Positions 1 to 26,852 of a stretch of DNA of 64,000 bases are shown piece by piece. Each line of letters begins with the position of its first letter. Within the stretch, counting starts at the first letter, position 1. Origin of the DNA: Styela clava (lineage: Eukaryota); contig NC_135253.1 in assembly GCF_964204865.1 (NCBI RefSeq), positions 3,658,001-3,722,000 on the forward strand, read 5' to 3'. Both the position numbers and the translations under genes were made by a program. The notes under the pieces are model-generated. The model saw only the letters and a program-made list of their open reading frames with translations. It searched no databases and was not told the origin of the DNA.

Positions 1-17
1 TTCAGTATAAATATATG

Positions 18-220
18 GTGACCGTACATTTGAACCTACGTACATTTGAACCCATGTGTATATCCGCGGGTTCAATCTATATGCGGGTGCTAAATCCCAT
101 GGGTTAGGGTTGGTATGGGTTCAACTATCCGTAAAACAAAAAAAAATCCATATGTGCAATAGCATGCAGGTGCAATTGTCATGGGTTGAAATGTACGTGG
201 GTTCAAATGTAACGGAACCT
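18..220. mobile_element. MITE with terminal inverted arrays of a ~15-bp unit (cgtacatttgaaccc)
   Basis: Left 'ccgtacatttgaacc' x2 mirrors right 'gggttgaaatgtacgtgggttcaaatgtaacggaacc'; central ggttagggtt motif is shared with other MITEs in the window. Confidence 0.6.
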
Positions 221-344
221 AAATATATACAAGGGAATGGACCTATAGAACGCATGACGAAATCAACAGTCAATGAAAAATAATAAATTGAAGGTATTGA
301 GTCTGAACTCTGAGGTCATATTTTTTTTTCCCGACATGTAATCA

Positions 345-480
345 TTAAAAACTGGCCACACACAACATATGCTAAGATAATAACTGTAAATAGATCTTCA
401 TTTGAATTATGCTTAGAACTAGGCCATGAACAACCTGCCATTCTAACGTGAGTTGCGTCACTTTTGAAATCAGCATACAA
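345..480. repeat. Dispersed repeat, inverted copy at about 6250-6370
   Basis: 'ttagaactaggccatgaacaacctgccattctaacgtgagttgcgtcacttttgaaatcagcat' is a near reverse complement of 'atgctaattttgaaagtgacacaactcaggtttgagtggcatgttgttcatgacctggttctaag'. Confidence 0.65.
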
Positions 481-588
481 GTCAAAATAACGTATATTTA
501 CATTTTTATGTCTGTCTTAAGTTTGACTGCCCTTGCCTAACGTCAATAAACGATGTCAGGTTTTCGCCAGTCCATTAGCTGCATTAAA

Positions 589-702
589 AATGTCCACTCT
601 TAATTTCGGTCAAGTGCTATTAAATCGCAATGCCGTCATTTGTAACCCGAGTAGAGTAGCCCTAATATAATCAAAATCATCACGTCACCATTCAATAGGT
701 CT
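589..702 (+). repeat. Dispersed repeat, direct copy at 6776-6889
   Basis: 'aatgtccactcttaatttcggtcaagtgct...tcaccattcaata(g/t)gtct' occurs at both sites with few substitutions. Confidence 0.8.
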
Positions 703-3700
703 GAGATTGCAAACGAATTATCCAACCCGATCCAAGTAAGAAGTACAAGCGATGGAACTCATATGTAAACAGATTGTGGTCGATAATTCCATTTTAATCC
801 GAGATGCCAACTGAGTGTGAATGCCCACGAGCACATGATGCACTGGGAGTTAAAAATATGTGGATGCGTGGTGTGGACAAAGGAGATGAAACAGGTCTGT
901 TGTAAAGCCGAAATAGGCAGGTTCAATAAAATCTTATTCACGGAGAACAACTGTTTGCTGAATTTCTGCATAACACAATACTACGGCATTTCGGAAAGAT
1001 TCCCAAAGCCCGTTTAGTAAAATTTATTAAGGATTTATATCTGTCTTGCAATGATGAATAAATAGGTATCTCTAATGCAGTAGTTCTTAAACCACTCGTC
1101 GCAACACTTTGGTGCTTCGTTTCCATGTTTCACTTCATTGCGACTCGTACAGTATTTAAATTCTTAGAAATACTGTACTAAATTGAATAAGTTTCAGGTA
1201 TTTTTATTATTATCAGTGTCTGTCATTAGAGCGCAGTTTTATCAATTTGTACACACTATCTGCTGGCACGAATATGTTCGACTTCATTATTACTTAACTG
1301 GGACGATTGTCCACCAAATGAAAAAGCAATCCGCCTACGATTGGCACTGATTCGTTGTATGACTGGGTAAATCAACACGCTGCATTAGTGCTTTTAATAT
1401 ATATATATATAGTATATATCTGTGCTTCCTAACTCTCGTTTAAAAAAAAACCGAGGTCATACGATATGCGGTGATGCCGTATATGAAGAAGTCAATAATT
1501 TAAAGAAAGGTGAAAATTAGTGTTGCAAATATTATGCATAATAGACATTATGAAGATCTTCCAATGCAGGATCATATAAAGATCCCAAAAGTAGGTTTAG
1601 GGGGGAGGTTCTTCATACGATCCTATGCAGGGAAATTATTAACTGCAAAGTATAGCATCTAGTTGATGGATTACCAACTCGGTGGCAGCGGGCACCAAGT
1701 CGCCCGTAAGGAGCAAATCAATCACTCGCAGGTCTATTTCAAAATAGCTCAAATAATGGCGCTCATCAGTATGCTGCATCTATTAATTTTATTATTGCTA
1801 TTCTTGTTCAAACCACACTAATATGAGAACTGGAAAACGATCAACTTATAAAAGACTATAGTAATGTCACGGGTCATTTAAAACTGTTCCTATTATGATA
1901 TCACGCACACTGGGTCAGCTTGAGCCATGCATGTCATTCATTTCTAATTATTTCATGAACATACATACAGCATTAGTTTACACAGAAAGATATCTTCGAA
2001 GATCGCAAGCTTGTTCGGTTCTACCTATCTTTGTGAATCAGCCTTTTCTGACATGAACTCCATCAGAAACAACAACAGAACACGCCTCACTGATCTGAGG
2101 CGTGTGAGACTCACTCAGTGTCAAGTTACACACCAGAGTATAACACGCTGGTGGAGAGTATGCGACACCAGGTTTCCCACTAACTGACAAACAAACAGAC
2201 CAGATTTGGTCCAGATTGAAAATAAGATATTTCAAGATTTTTTAAACATGTTTGTAAAATGTAACGTTTGATAGCATAACAGCTAAGTCCATTATATCTT
2301 GGGCCTGTGCAAGGTGTTTGTTAAAAATGCAGGCGCTTTATGATTTCCTATGCTGTTATAGAAGTGATAATTTGAAACTGTTCAATTTCAAAACACCAAG
2401 TTTGGAACTATAAGATGGTGTTATTGAAATAAATCATTTCCTATTTTGGTACAATTGTTGATAATTTCATGAAAATTCTTTAACATTACCAGTCTCCAGT
2501 GACGAGTCTCCTCATGACTTGATACCATTGAAAGTAATAGTCAAAAATCCATCCAACTGGTAGCCCTTAGCTCAACCCGGTACTCATAGTGTAGCGCTCG
2601 GTTTCATAAAGGTTAATGATACCTGATTTAGTTATTGTATATAACCAGCTCCCCTGTGGTTTGCTTCAAATTCCAGTAATTAATTAGTAAATAAGTCACT
2701 AGAAGCCAATTAAATTTATTTCCTTGCATTTCTGCTGGAGTTGCAGTTATATTTTAATTCATAGAAACACATTTTTCACAATATAGACCTTGTCATTCTG
2801 TTAGCCATTTTTTCAACAAATCCAATGCTCATCTACGACATCATCAGTACTGGCGTGAATTGCTATGGTAGGGTACTTGTAATTTTGATTTGAATGAACA
2901 GGGTGAAGTGTTAGTAGAAGATGTCATATGATTAGTTATCTGACCTTTGTATCCCTAAATTTGAGCATTGCTCTCTTGTTTATATTATAATCCAAAAAAA
3001 TTTGACCATCAATTTATGAGTAATTTTGTTTACATTTTTCTTTTTATTGCAACTCATTCTTAGAAAATTACTAATCACCTATCCAACTATACAGTTAGAA
3101 TATCAGTTATTGGAGGACATATCCACCGACGTTGCCAAATGCCAAACATAGGGAAATTATGTATTTGGAAATCTGCTCGGGTTCGTCTGATATATTCTAT
3201 AAGATTTTATGATGTTTTATATGATATAGAATAATTTTGAAGACCAATGCTTATTTAGCAAAGTAATATGCGCCAATGTCTAGTTGCTGTGAGTGGTGAT
3301 TGAAGGATCGAATTTGTGCTGATTAATATATATTAAACCCATACGGCTTGGCCTAAACACCTACCTAGATTAGAAAAATGTACACTTGATACAACCTTAA
3401 ATTCTTCCTAATTTGTTTTCACATCAGCTGTACAATCTATATCTGTTTTTTATGGAAATTAAACATTTCTAATGGGACGGTAGAGGGCGATGTAAAGCAA
3501 CAAATTTACCCTTAACGCAATGCACAGACAGACTCTGTTATGAGTTACGTGATTCAAATGTTTGAGTAGAATCCGACGTTGAGACTGCAATCCCTGTAAC
3601 ACATTTTTGAATATATCGATAAAGAATCAAATTCGTTTATTGTATCCTGGTACAATTTAAATACCGCCCAACACCAATTAGATTTGATTTTATCGATCTT

Positions 3701-3925
3701 CCAGTTAGAAGAAAATCCAGATGGAAAATGGATATATGTAACTATATGTATTTGATCCGCAATATTTGCAAAAATTGTAGATTACAAAGTACTCTGGCTA
3801 ACTTTATATTGTCATTTGGAGAATCGTAATCTCTGCATCAAAAGTGACGTTTCACTGCATGTTCACTTCAATATTTTATTCCAAAAGAGAAAACGTACAA
3901 GGGAAATAACTCATAACATCCTTTT

Positions 3926-4428
3926 CAGTGACGTAGCAAGACTCTCGTGCCCCCCCCCCCCTCTAAAATAGTTCGTGAAAATGTCCCTAGAACTCCTGGA
4001 CATAAGCTAAAACATAGGTTTTTTTATTTCGTCAAAAAGCATAACATGTCGCTATAAAAAGGCAATGGTAACCTAAAATTTGCCGTTTATCTTGGTTACT
4101 TCAATTTTTTTCATACGTTTTTTTCTCTTCTGCCCTTTTTCTGCGTTTCTGTGCGCCACTGAGAAGTTTTGCTGTCGACATCATTCTGACAGCCTTCGTA
4201 ATTTTGCCGGTGCGATCAAACCACAAGACGCCGAAAATCGACGACTCCCTGGCATTGTTACGTAACAAAACGATTTGTGCAGAACTAACATCAACGTTAT
4301 AAGATGTGCATTACTGGTTTTGCAATGCAGCTTTTGATTTTGCTGCTTAAATTTCTAAATTCTAACCACTTGGACCCCTTTGCGCTGTGGGCGCTCCCGC
4401 GACTGCGGGGGTGGATGCTACGCCACTG
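3926..4428. mobile_element. Non-autonomous hAT-type element
   Basis: TIRs CAGTGACGTAGC / GCTACGCCACTG; 8-bp flanks atcctttt / atcctctt (7/8 identical, TSD). Confidence 0.75.
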
Positions 4429-4827
4429 ATCCTCTTGGTAATCTAGGATTCTAGGGCTAGGCCATCGCCCTTTATTGCTTGGTGTACTCCCTTCTTTTGC
4501 ACATTTTGGCAATTTTGTTCATAAAAATGCTCATATATATAAAACATATATGAGATGTAGTATAACAAAGTAAGACTTATGCATAGTTAGCCTACTCCAC
4601 AGTTGATAAATGATGCGCGAATTGAAGACTACTGGTATTTATTGAATTGATAAATGACAATTTCAATTCTGATATATCAGTCTTCTAATGTTAGAAGAAT
4701 TTGTTGCGTTCACATTAGAGCATAATTACATTGAGGAAAGAAAGTATTTTTTGAGAAAAAAAATGGTATAACATTGTTTTAGTGTACTTTTCGATGCCGA
4801 ATTGAGTTTACCCCAAAGTAGCTAGGG

Positions 4828-5139
4828 CAGGGGTGGGCTCTAGTCGGCGGGCCAGATGTGGAAAAATGAAGTTATCGGCGGGCCAGAGTATAACATGAAT
4901 AGTATTCAATATCTTAATCACATATTTATTCGCTAATGCAAGAAAGAAAATTTTAAATCGCGTTTAAAGTAAAATTTAAACTACAAAAAAATAGAGACCA
5001 AAACCAATAATGAATTTATCATAATTTACTTAAAGAGTAATTATGTAATACCATAATGTACTGATGTACAGTCAGCGGGCCGGTCAAAATCTCGACGCGG
5101 GCCGGACGCCGCCCGCGGGCCGTATGTTGCCCACCCCTG
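4828..5139. mobile_element. hAT (Charlie-like) MITE
   Basis: Ends CAGGGGTGGGC / GCCCACCCCTG with subterminal GCGGGCC repeats; TSD degraded. Confidence 0.7.
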
Positions 5140-7865
5140 CCCTAAGGCCTAATGAATTAAATCATCCCACCGTTTTTTGTTGCATAGTTGATCGTGAGAC
5201 TACTCTCGCTCTGATGCAACCCAAAATATTAAATTTTATTAACACCCAAAATATATTTTAAGAGAACTTTATGTCACCGGTACAGATGACTTCTCTCCAG
5301 GAAATACCGCTGGTCGAGTTTATAAACTGATAGATCCAGCGAGAAGAGGTGATCCTGATTCTTGTACAAATTCCGCTACAACAAAGACAATATTAGCTGA
5401 CGGGACGTCGACTATACCATACAAGAACAACTGAGCTTATAAGCTGATGAATAATGACATATATTCATATATATCAAACTTCGTGCATTTTCTGTCGAAA
5501 AATATTTTCATTAAAATCTCGATAAAATATTGATATAACATGATCTCATAAAAGGAAAATATGAAGTAATATGAAAATGTATTCACAGACAGAAAATAAG
5601 CAATACCGATTGGGCCGATGTGCAACAAGTCCCAGCTTGAATGGAGTTTTATCAGTAAATAAATAATATATCAGCATCTATTGTGTTAACACCTTATGGG
5701 CGAAGTTCAGCTGCAGTAAAGCAAACGACATTGATTACAGTAAATAAAACCTTGTAAAAGAGTTACATGAAAACTTCCAGATGTGCAACTACACATTTCT
5801 AAACCCCGCAATTGATTTTAGTTGACAGTCATCACCTGGCCTCCATGCTATGCATAAGATGAAAGGGATTTTAAGCATTATTTCAAATGATATCATACCC
5901 TTACTTAGAGCCTAAACGAGACGACATATCAATTTGTGGTGAAAACGTCTGACCACAACACGGCTACGGTAGATCATTTGTATTACCCTGGCGGTAACAA
6001 CCACAAACGCCAAATCAATACAAACCTTACCGACTAGACGCAAATTCCATAATAGGCATTGCGATGATAAAAATTACTCAGCCAAGCGTAGAAAGCAAAT
6101 TGGCCCGGTGTCTCGAAACGTGGGTGACGTCATAACAAGTGAAAAATGATGACCTGCCGGAAACCTGGAATCGTTTATTTGTCGATGTTAGGCTTGGGCA
6201 GTCAAACTTCAGAAAATAGGGGAAATGGAAATATACGTTATTGTGACCTGCATGCTAATTTTGAAAGTGACACAACTCAGGTTTGAGTGGCATGTTGTTC
6301 ATGACCTGGTTCTAAGTATAATCTAAATAAAATATCAGGTTACAGCCTACGCTGTGTGTGACCATTTTTTAATGAATATATGCTGTAAAAAATATAACCC
6401 CAGGCTAAATAATATAATTGCCTATATGTATAAAACTTTTTCAATGAATGTTGATTACGTCATGTGTTCTGTTGGTCCATTTACTTGTATATATTTATAC
6501 AGAATAAGTATTTACCATTTTATCAATTATAAACGATATCTACCACCACTATAAACCCATTACACGTATTTTGAACGAGGTCGTAACCCTGACCCTCAAT
6601 TCGAAACACGATACTACGTTCGATCATCGAAAAAGAATTTCGTCATTTTAAAATGAGATAGGAGAAACTATCTTTCATGCGTAGCGATTTTATGCCTTAA
6701 TTGGTCAATGTCCAACAACTAATCTCCTCTTTGCATTGATGACGTCATAGATGTTGAGTGATGCGTAATAAAGCTAATGTCCACTCTTAATTTCGGTCAA
6801 GTGCTCTTAAAGCGCAATGCCGTCATTTATAACCCGAGTACAGTAGCCCTAATATAGTCAAAACCATCATGTCACCATTCAATATGTCTTTATTTTTGTG
6901 CTTTTATTTGCCAACATGAATAACCTAATTTCAATAAGAGACGTATTAGAAGCTCCTATTCGGATTGTGAATTCATATCAATAGTGCAAACTATTTTTAG
7001 TTTTTGCTGTGTCTTTCTTCATTACATTACAAAAATAAGTGCCGCTTCACTCAAACCCGTTAACATTTATTCAATAACTGACTTCGTCTGGGTAAATAAC
7101 CTTTATTCCATGGTCGATACGTGGTGAAAATAGTAAAAAATATAAGAAACTTACAGAATAATAAAATTGTGAAAGTTGTATATGAGTTCGTTTTCTGAAC
7201 AATTCCCCAAATATAGCCTTTACACATGCACATGGTCGTTTTATAGTAGTGTGATTGTTGAGCTACTTTGCTTGGGGACATCATAGTAATAAAATCGCTT
7301 AGTTAAACTGAAGTGGGCCTGATAACGACATCGGAATATAATCATAAAATGGTTTATAACTCGCGCTTTGGAGAATTGATACAGAATTCTAATTTTCGAT
7401 TGGAACGTCTGTGTATGGCTTGCTATATGATACAATACAAATATCAGCATACGGCCTAGTGGTCCAAAATGTTATTTATAACAAACATTTCAAACATATA
7501 AAAGATTTCAAAAAGGTGTTTATAGCGCGGCAAGAATAATATAAGCTCCCATTGCGCTATAATATAAAATTTATACCCAACGCGCTTCACGTCCCGCGTG
7601 AATTATTCGTGCGAGTCCATTTAAACCGTAAATATCTAAGAAAGTGAAATACAAGTCAGAAGCGGCGGGGAAGTTCGACTCATATCCCTTATTACGCATT
7701 TTAAGAAAGAATCACAGAAGCGGAAAGTCACCACTTTCTTTCTTCGTCATTACGAGACAAAATATTTCTCTAAGTTTAGCCAAGACAGGCGTGGGCCGCA
7801 ACTCAGCATATTTTATCTACTTTTTAATAGCATGTCAAAGGTTTGTGGAAAAAAGGTAGAGGCTT

Positions 7866-7871
7866 TATAAA
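7866..7871 (+). promoter_or_regulatory. TATA box of the small secreted-peptide gene
   Basis: TATAAA about 130 nt upstream of ATG 8001. Confidence 0.4.
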
Positions 7872-8000
7872 TGAGGCAACGCCGTAATGTTGACATATCG
7901 GTGTTGAAATATTCAGAGTAGCTCATCTGCAAAACAAACGCGTTACAAAATAACTTCAAAAGAATACGCGTTTATACTTCAAATATATTTTATTTTAAAA

Positions 8001-8744
8001 ATGGATGTTTGCCGGAAGAATATGATTGTTTTCTTTATGTTATTTCTTATTTGCGGGCCAATAATAACAGATGCATTGGTGGTTATAAGCTCTGAAGAAA
8101 TGAACTGTTTCAAGAAAATTCAAATTTCTGGGTAAGTTGTCATTAACATTGTTTTAACATAATATTTTTTTATATGAATATGCATCTAATCAAAAATATC
8201 AAATTTCCATCTGCTTTCATATTCTGATTAGGCAAATTAATTCAAATAGGTAAAATTACATATATGCCATAGAAACTTTGCTAACAATTAAAAATTTGTT
8301 TTGGGTTCAAATCAGATGCCTTGCATATATTTCTGAAAAATGTACAATCCATAAAAATGCTGTTATAGATCTTTACTGAATTCACATATCAGTAGAGTAA
8401 GCATTTACATTAATATTTAATTTTTTCGTGTTCATAAATTCGTCTTTGAGTGATTCGTGCACTTGAATGTACTGCATATCATTACAAATTCTTGTGTTTG
8501 AAAAACAAACATTATTTCGAATTATATCACCGTAGGCAAACACTTCAAACAAAAATCACATTTACTCGTAGTTTATCTATCGTGGGCAAAGAGCGCATTG
8601 AATGTGGTTAAATATTCTATTCTTTCAATGATATTTATATAATAGTTCACTAAACTACCTTCTTGTTTCAGTCATGTGTCTCGTCACTGTAGGAAAGTTT
8701 TACATCTCGGACGTTTGCGACGAAAAAAACACCACAGTCGCTAG
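8001..8744 (+). CDS. Small secreted cationic peptide precursor, 67 aa (exons 8001-8131, 8672-8744)
   Basis: GG|gtaagt donor and ttgtttcag|T acceptor are phase-2 compatible. Product MDVCRKNMIVFFMLFLICGPIITDA-LVVISSEEMNCFKKIQISGHVSRHCRKVLHLGRLRRKKHHSR*, with a signal-peptide-like N-terminus, upstream TATAAA and AATAAA at 8903-8908. Confidence 0.65.
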
Positions 8745-10959
8745 CAGTAGGATGTTTGCTTCAAAAATCCAACCAGCAAAAGTCTTCATCGGGACTAAAT
8801 AACAAACTTGTTCGAGTGATTTCAATTCTGCCATAAAGAATTTATTTAAGCCACCGTGTAGAAGATTTATGACGTTGTGGTTAACATGTTCGACGGAGTG
8901 TAAATAAAAGCTGGCATGGACCATAAGGGCGTACGTTCAAAGCATATTTATCACAGCTTGAGCTATGTAAAGTTCGAAGTCTGTATGTAGGTTTCTTCTG
9001 AAGGCGACTAGAGTTTGATTCATCAATGCCATGTAAGTCAAATCATGTCGCAGAAGTTATCCCCAATTATTGATCAAAATGCATGGCCCGATCAACTGAA
9101 ACTCCCTTTCAATCATCAATATTTTTACTTCTTGTTTTTATCATATTATGCGGCATGTGTAAAAATTCGTATACAGTAATTTTATCGTGAAAGTAAAAAG
9201 TAATTTTTCTTGTGTAAAATCTGCATAAATGCGATATTTTTTATAGCGATATGAGTATATTTTTACTTTGTGTTTTTTCAATATTCATTTATAAATATAT
9301 CAGATGTTCAATAAATTATTTATTCATGATTTTTTGTCAAATATTTTACGTAATACAATATTATGCAAAAAGGAAGTTAAATTTACAGTTCCGAATGAAC
9401 ATAGTTTATCTATAGAACCAATTTCTGATAGAAAATGAGAAAGGGGTATTTACGTTACGCATTTTCGCAAGAATCTATTCAATCTTAAGCCAGATCTTAC
9501 TAACAAACCGTCCATTGTATTGCAAAAATAATCGGTCCTTAAAATATATGCAAGCGTGTCTTTTTATTTTCGATAATAGATGAAGAAATAAACATTTACG
9601 AAATGAAAGATCAGCAATATATTTATACTTATAAGCGTGTATGTAAGTTCTTACTGTGACATACCATGTAACTGTTGATGCAACAAGTTATTTAACAGAG
9701 CAATCAGGAGAATCCATTTATCAAAAATGCCACAGGAGTAAATATAATATTCGTATTACAGACGATCGATCGTCTGTTGTACATGCTCTACCACGCTTTT
9801 AAAACTATACCGATCGAGATCACGCGAGATTGTGGTTAACATAGTATTGTGGCAATATTACGTTCATCGCTGTGCATGATTTATACAAGCTAGGATTAGA
9901 TATGGTTTTGAAGTCACGCAAGTTCAGCTAAGAGCAGCAAGTAAAAAGTTGGAATACTTTGTTGTTAGAGTCCATATTTGTAAATTTGTAATCGATTGTC
10001 ATTACAAGTGGTTTTGAGTCTGAATGTGCGTACTTTCTAATTAATATATTATAACATACATAAGAAATATGGAGCGCCAATGAAGGTATCAAAAAACTCG
10101 GTTTAAATTACACATACAGCGTAATCTCCGACCAAAATGTATTAGAGAAACCAAGGTATGGAAGTGAAGTCCGAAATATCCGTAACGCGTTCTTCTTTCT
10201 TGTTATTCGTATTGGTAAAGATAAATCTCTCATTATTGAATTTACAACCACAAATAGTAAACAATATTACCAGATCTGGACCACAAACATTGCTTTTTAA
10301 CTGTATATTTAATTCAGGGAATCATAGCCTCTAGTCATCAAGAAGGCTGAAGATTAATAATATATTTTCGTTGAACTGCCGTACTGCTAGTTGAGGCAAC
10401 AATGAACGGCGATTATATCTCACTAATGCGCTTATATTTCGGGTTTTTAGATTGCGGTTGGCATGGTAATTTGCAGGCATGCAAAACGCTTCCACTCAGT
10501 TATCGTGCTGTCTATTCAAACGTATGCAATGTAAAAAAAGTATATGTGATATTTATATTACTTGGCATGCTTCAAAGTGAAGCGTACAATGAAATTGTGT
10601 TATCAAGTACCTTCCTGGAAAATAAATGTGTATGGAATATCTTCCTACTTTTAAAAACCGAAATTTGGCGTGTCGATATCTGTTCTTATTTGGTCCAAAA
10701 ATATTTGAGTTACAGTACATGAAGCCATAAAATATCACGCTAAAGTGTGTAAGATTAACATTATTTGTTGCACGTCTGCGTGAAATTTCAGGGTGTCGTT
10801 GAGTAACGTAAGGTAAGTAATATCTTTCCAAGCAACATGTATACATGAGTAATCCAAAGACGAGGCTATTTTTGTCAAAGTACAATAGCAGGAAGGAAAT
10901 GGCGAATTTTTAGGCGGTGAGTTGATGTGAACGTGTCACTCTCATGTTGCTGTTTAAAC

Positions 10960-11623
10960 TAGGGTTGCCATCTTAGTGTTAAACCGTTCCGGGACACCTC
11001 AATGTCTAGAATTTTAAAAATGATGCAACAGAAACTTGTGAAACACGAAAGACATCAAAAGTCTCAGTGCGCGCTGGGCGTCAAAGAGTGATAAGCGTGC
11101 AGCGGTATTTTCGCAAACTCCAAGCTTCTAAATAATTTTATCATAATCAAAGAAACTTGTGAAATGTTGAATCTTTGAGGCATAAATGAAAAAACACTAA
11201 ACAGGGGAAATGTTGCTAAGTAGATTTAATTATTTAACAAACATCAAACACAAAAAACTCAGTGTTTCTGGTATTTAAATTTATAATTTTCTTGTGATTT
11301 TGCGCTTTAAGAAGATATTTGTCTTTGCTGATAAACTCATAGCATGAAATATGAAAGTTCAATTTCATCATCAAGTTTAGTATGTTTTTACTGTTGGTCC
11401 AAAGCGCATTCATAATATTGACGGTCTTTCACAATTCGCGTTTGACACTGAAATTGACAGGACAAATGACACCTTTTCCAGTTTTGAACAAAGCCGACAC
11501 GCTTATATGGCCTTCTATTTTAAAACGCCTTGGTTGTCAGTAAATTCCGAAACAATCGTAGCTCATCACGGGACGCCAGACGTCAATTCCGGGCAGTCTC
11601 GATCGTTCCGGTTGGTAGCCCTA
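10960..11623. mobile_element. Non-autonomous hAT element (Blackjack/Tip100-like termini)
   Basis: TIRs TAGGGTTGCCA / TGGTAGCCCTA, subterminal CGGGAC motifs, 8-bp flanks gtttaaac / gtctaaaa. Confidence 0.7.
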
Positions 11624-13745
11624 GTCTAAAACCCGCCGCACAAACTTCGTAAGTAATATCAGTATGAACCTACATTATACCTCGTCCACAAAGCTCTCCC
11701 CGCACTGGTATGATACGAGAGTGTGCCATTTCATCCAATATAATAAATGAAATGATGCACTCGATGGACAAAACATAAGCAATTACTTCATTCCCCAACA
11801 TCTATTTATGTCAAAATTTTGAATAAAAGTTAAATTTTTTTGTTTGGGCGTGAAAGTTTTTGATTTACAATTTACATGAAACTCGACGTGACTAACACTC
11901 CACAACAAGGTGCATTTTGTAATATTAATTCAGTAAAATAGACGAAAACTCATTTCGCGCCCCTATGTGGAAATTTTGATATAATATGTCATTTAGTAGT
12001 TTATTTTTGTATAACGATTGGTTAGCAGCGTTGAAAGGGCTTGTACGATGCAAACACCACAACAATAGCATGAAACGTCAAAATAGAGCCTGAGAAATTG
12101 TTTTCATGCTTTTATAACTTTGAATAAAGGCAAGGTATTTTAGTGAATACCGAGATGAATGGATAATTTGACAGTTTTGACATCGCACGTTATAAATTGA
12201 AGTTTTAACCTGGGTTTGGCTGTAAATCACTGAAGCTTGAAGGCTTTAAAAAAAACTTAATATGAAGTACACAAGCTTACATTTAAAATTCACTATAACG
12301 GGTGGCAACATGACAAAATCTATCACAAAAAATAGTCGCCTTTCGATAGATAAATATACTAGAATGTCAATGATTTCGAAATCGTTGTCACCGTAGCTGG
12401 ATTGCAAGGTGAGGACGCTCCGGGAGGTCTAGCAGGGTTAGGCTAACATGACAAAAATTCTAGAATTTGATTTAAAGAAGTGACGCTAATTCCTACTATT
12501 TCTATGTTCGATATGGCTAACATTTTCTGAATATCATCATTTTATACGATTGGTCTACATGTATGGAAATCAAAGCCTACCTCGAATAATATGAGAACAC
12601 GTTGGTAATAGAAATAAATCACATCATCTTGGAATTTTGTTTAGTTAAGAATGGATATGGCCATCAACCTAACACAACACACCATGTCATGCAAAACAAC
12701 ACTTTGTAATAACAACCGAGACATTGGCGGAAACTCGTTTGCTCTCTCGAAATGGGCCATCAATACGCGATGATGAAATTCGAATACTTGACGTTGGACT
12801 GTACAAACTTAAATTCAATCAGTATTATTATGAATTCTCAGTAACATAAAAGTTAAAGTAACTTTCAACCAAACATTCAGGTTTGTGACAGGCCTGTTCT
12901 TGCGCAGCAGATGTCTTCACAATTTTATTCATATCATGCTTTTTTAAATGTAATGAAAGAATTAAGTGTTTTAACGGATTATTTGGCTAACCCTAGACAT
13001 GTATTCTACGGAATGCTACATTCAAATATATTGAAATCAGATATCTTGTAGAAAGCCCCCGCCACTAATGCAAAAATTCGAGATTTGAGAAAAACACTCT
13101 CGCCACGTTTTACATGAATTTTTAGAGTTAGGATTAGGGTTAGAACGCTGAATTCAATGCTGTACTGAATTTCATCAATGAATACGATTCCAACTGGATA
13201 ATCAACAAACACTTTTTTTGATCGATGGCGGAGGTGTTTTTTGGGCGGCTTTCTACAAAAGATCCATAATATCTTAAGTATACATAAAATGTAGATCATG
13301 ACAGCTATCACGATGTACGACTTGTATCCAAATCAAATATTTTGGAAAATGGTCCTTTGATAGTACGAATTATATTGCATAGTAAAGTAAAAACCGTAAC
13401 TGCTCTTTACAATAAAACGTGGCCGATTTCTTCGTGATTATCCGTCTGTGGTCTGCGCAGAAATATATGTCAATGATAAGTACTGGATTACAGCAGAGGA
13501 GCACTGAGGCTACACGAAAATAACAATACCCTGAGGGAGAAAATGACTAGTATCGCTCAAAGTGGGCAATCGCTGCAGACTGTTGTAACTGAAGCGTTAA
13601 ATGGTAAAATTGGAACCGATGCATAACAACGTTCTGCAGAAATATAGTGGAAGATATGCCTCAGACATGTTGAAACTTCAATGTTGACAGATATTTTCAG
13701 GATTAGGAGAAGCAAATTTTAAACAAGAACGCTGTACCGGGAAAT

Positions 13746-26852
<13,107 letters not shown>

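Larger units (their letters stand above)
703..5434 (+). pseudogene. Decayed HHIP-like paralogue (remnants of exons 4, 10, 11 and 12)
   Basis: 703-764 EIANELSNPIQVRSTSDGTH|gt (exon 4 of the intact gene: EIANRRSNPVSAKHSRDGTHR); 3064-3180 NY*SPI..SVIGGHIHRRCQMPNI/GNYVFGNLLG with a stop and frameshifts (exon 10: [31 protein letters not shown]); 3696-3826 IFQLEENPDGKWIYVTICI*/NICKNCRLQSTLANFILSFGES (exon 11); 5262-5434 ELYVTGTDDFSPGNTAGRVYKLIDPARRGDPDSC...IPYKNN* (exon 12). Order and strand match the downstream gene. Confidence 0.8.

Noticed and set aside
930-2960. Further HHIPL pseudo-exons (homologues of exons 5-9)
   Set aside because: Only faint similarities (e.g. RFPKPV**NL, KLNKFQ|gt, YGRVL) that cannot be told from chance by eye.
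8001-8131. First coding exon of HHIPL
   Set aside because: Phase-compatible with exon 15203, but exon 13746-13840 supplies a signal peptide and the canonical HPQCLDF motif, and 8001-8131 has its own nearby terminal exon.
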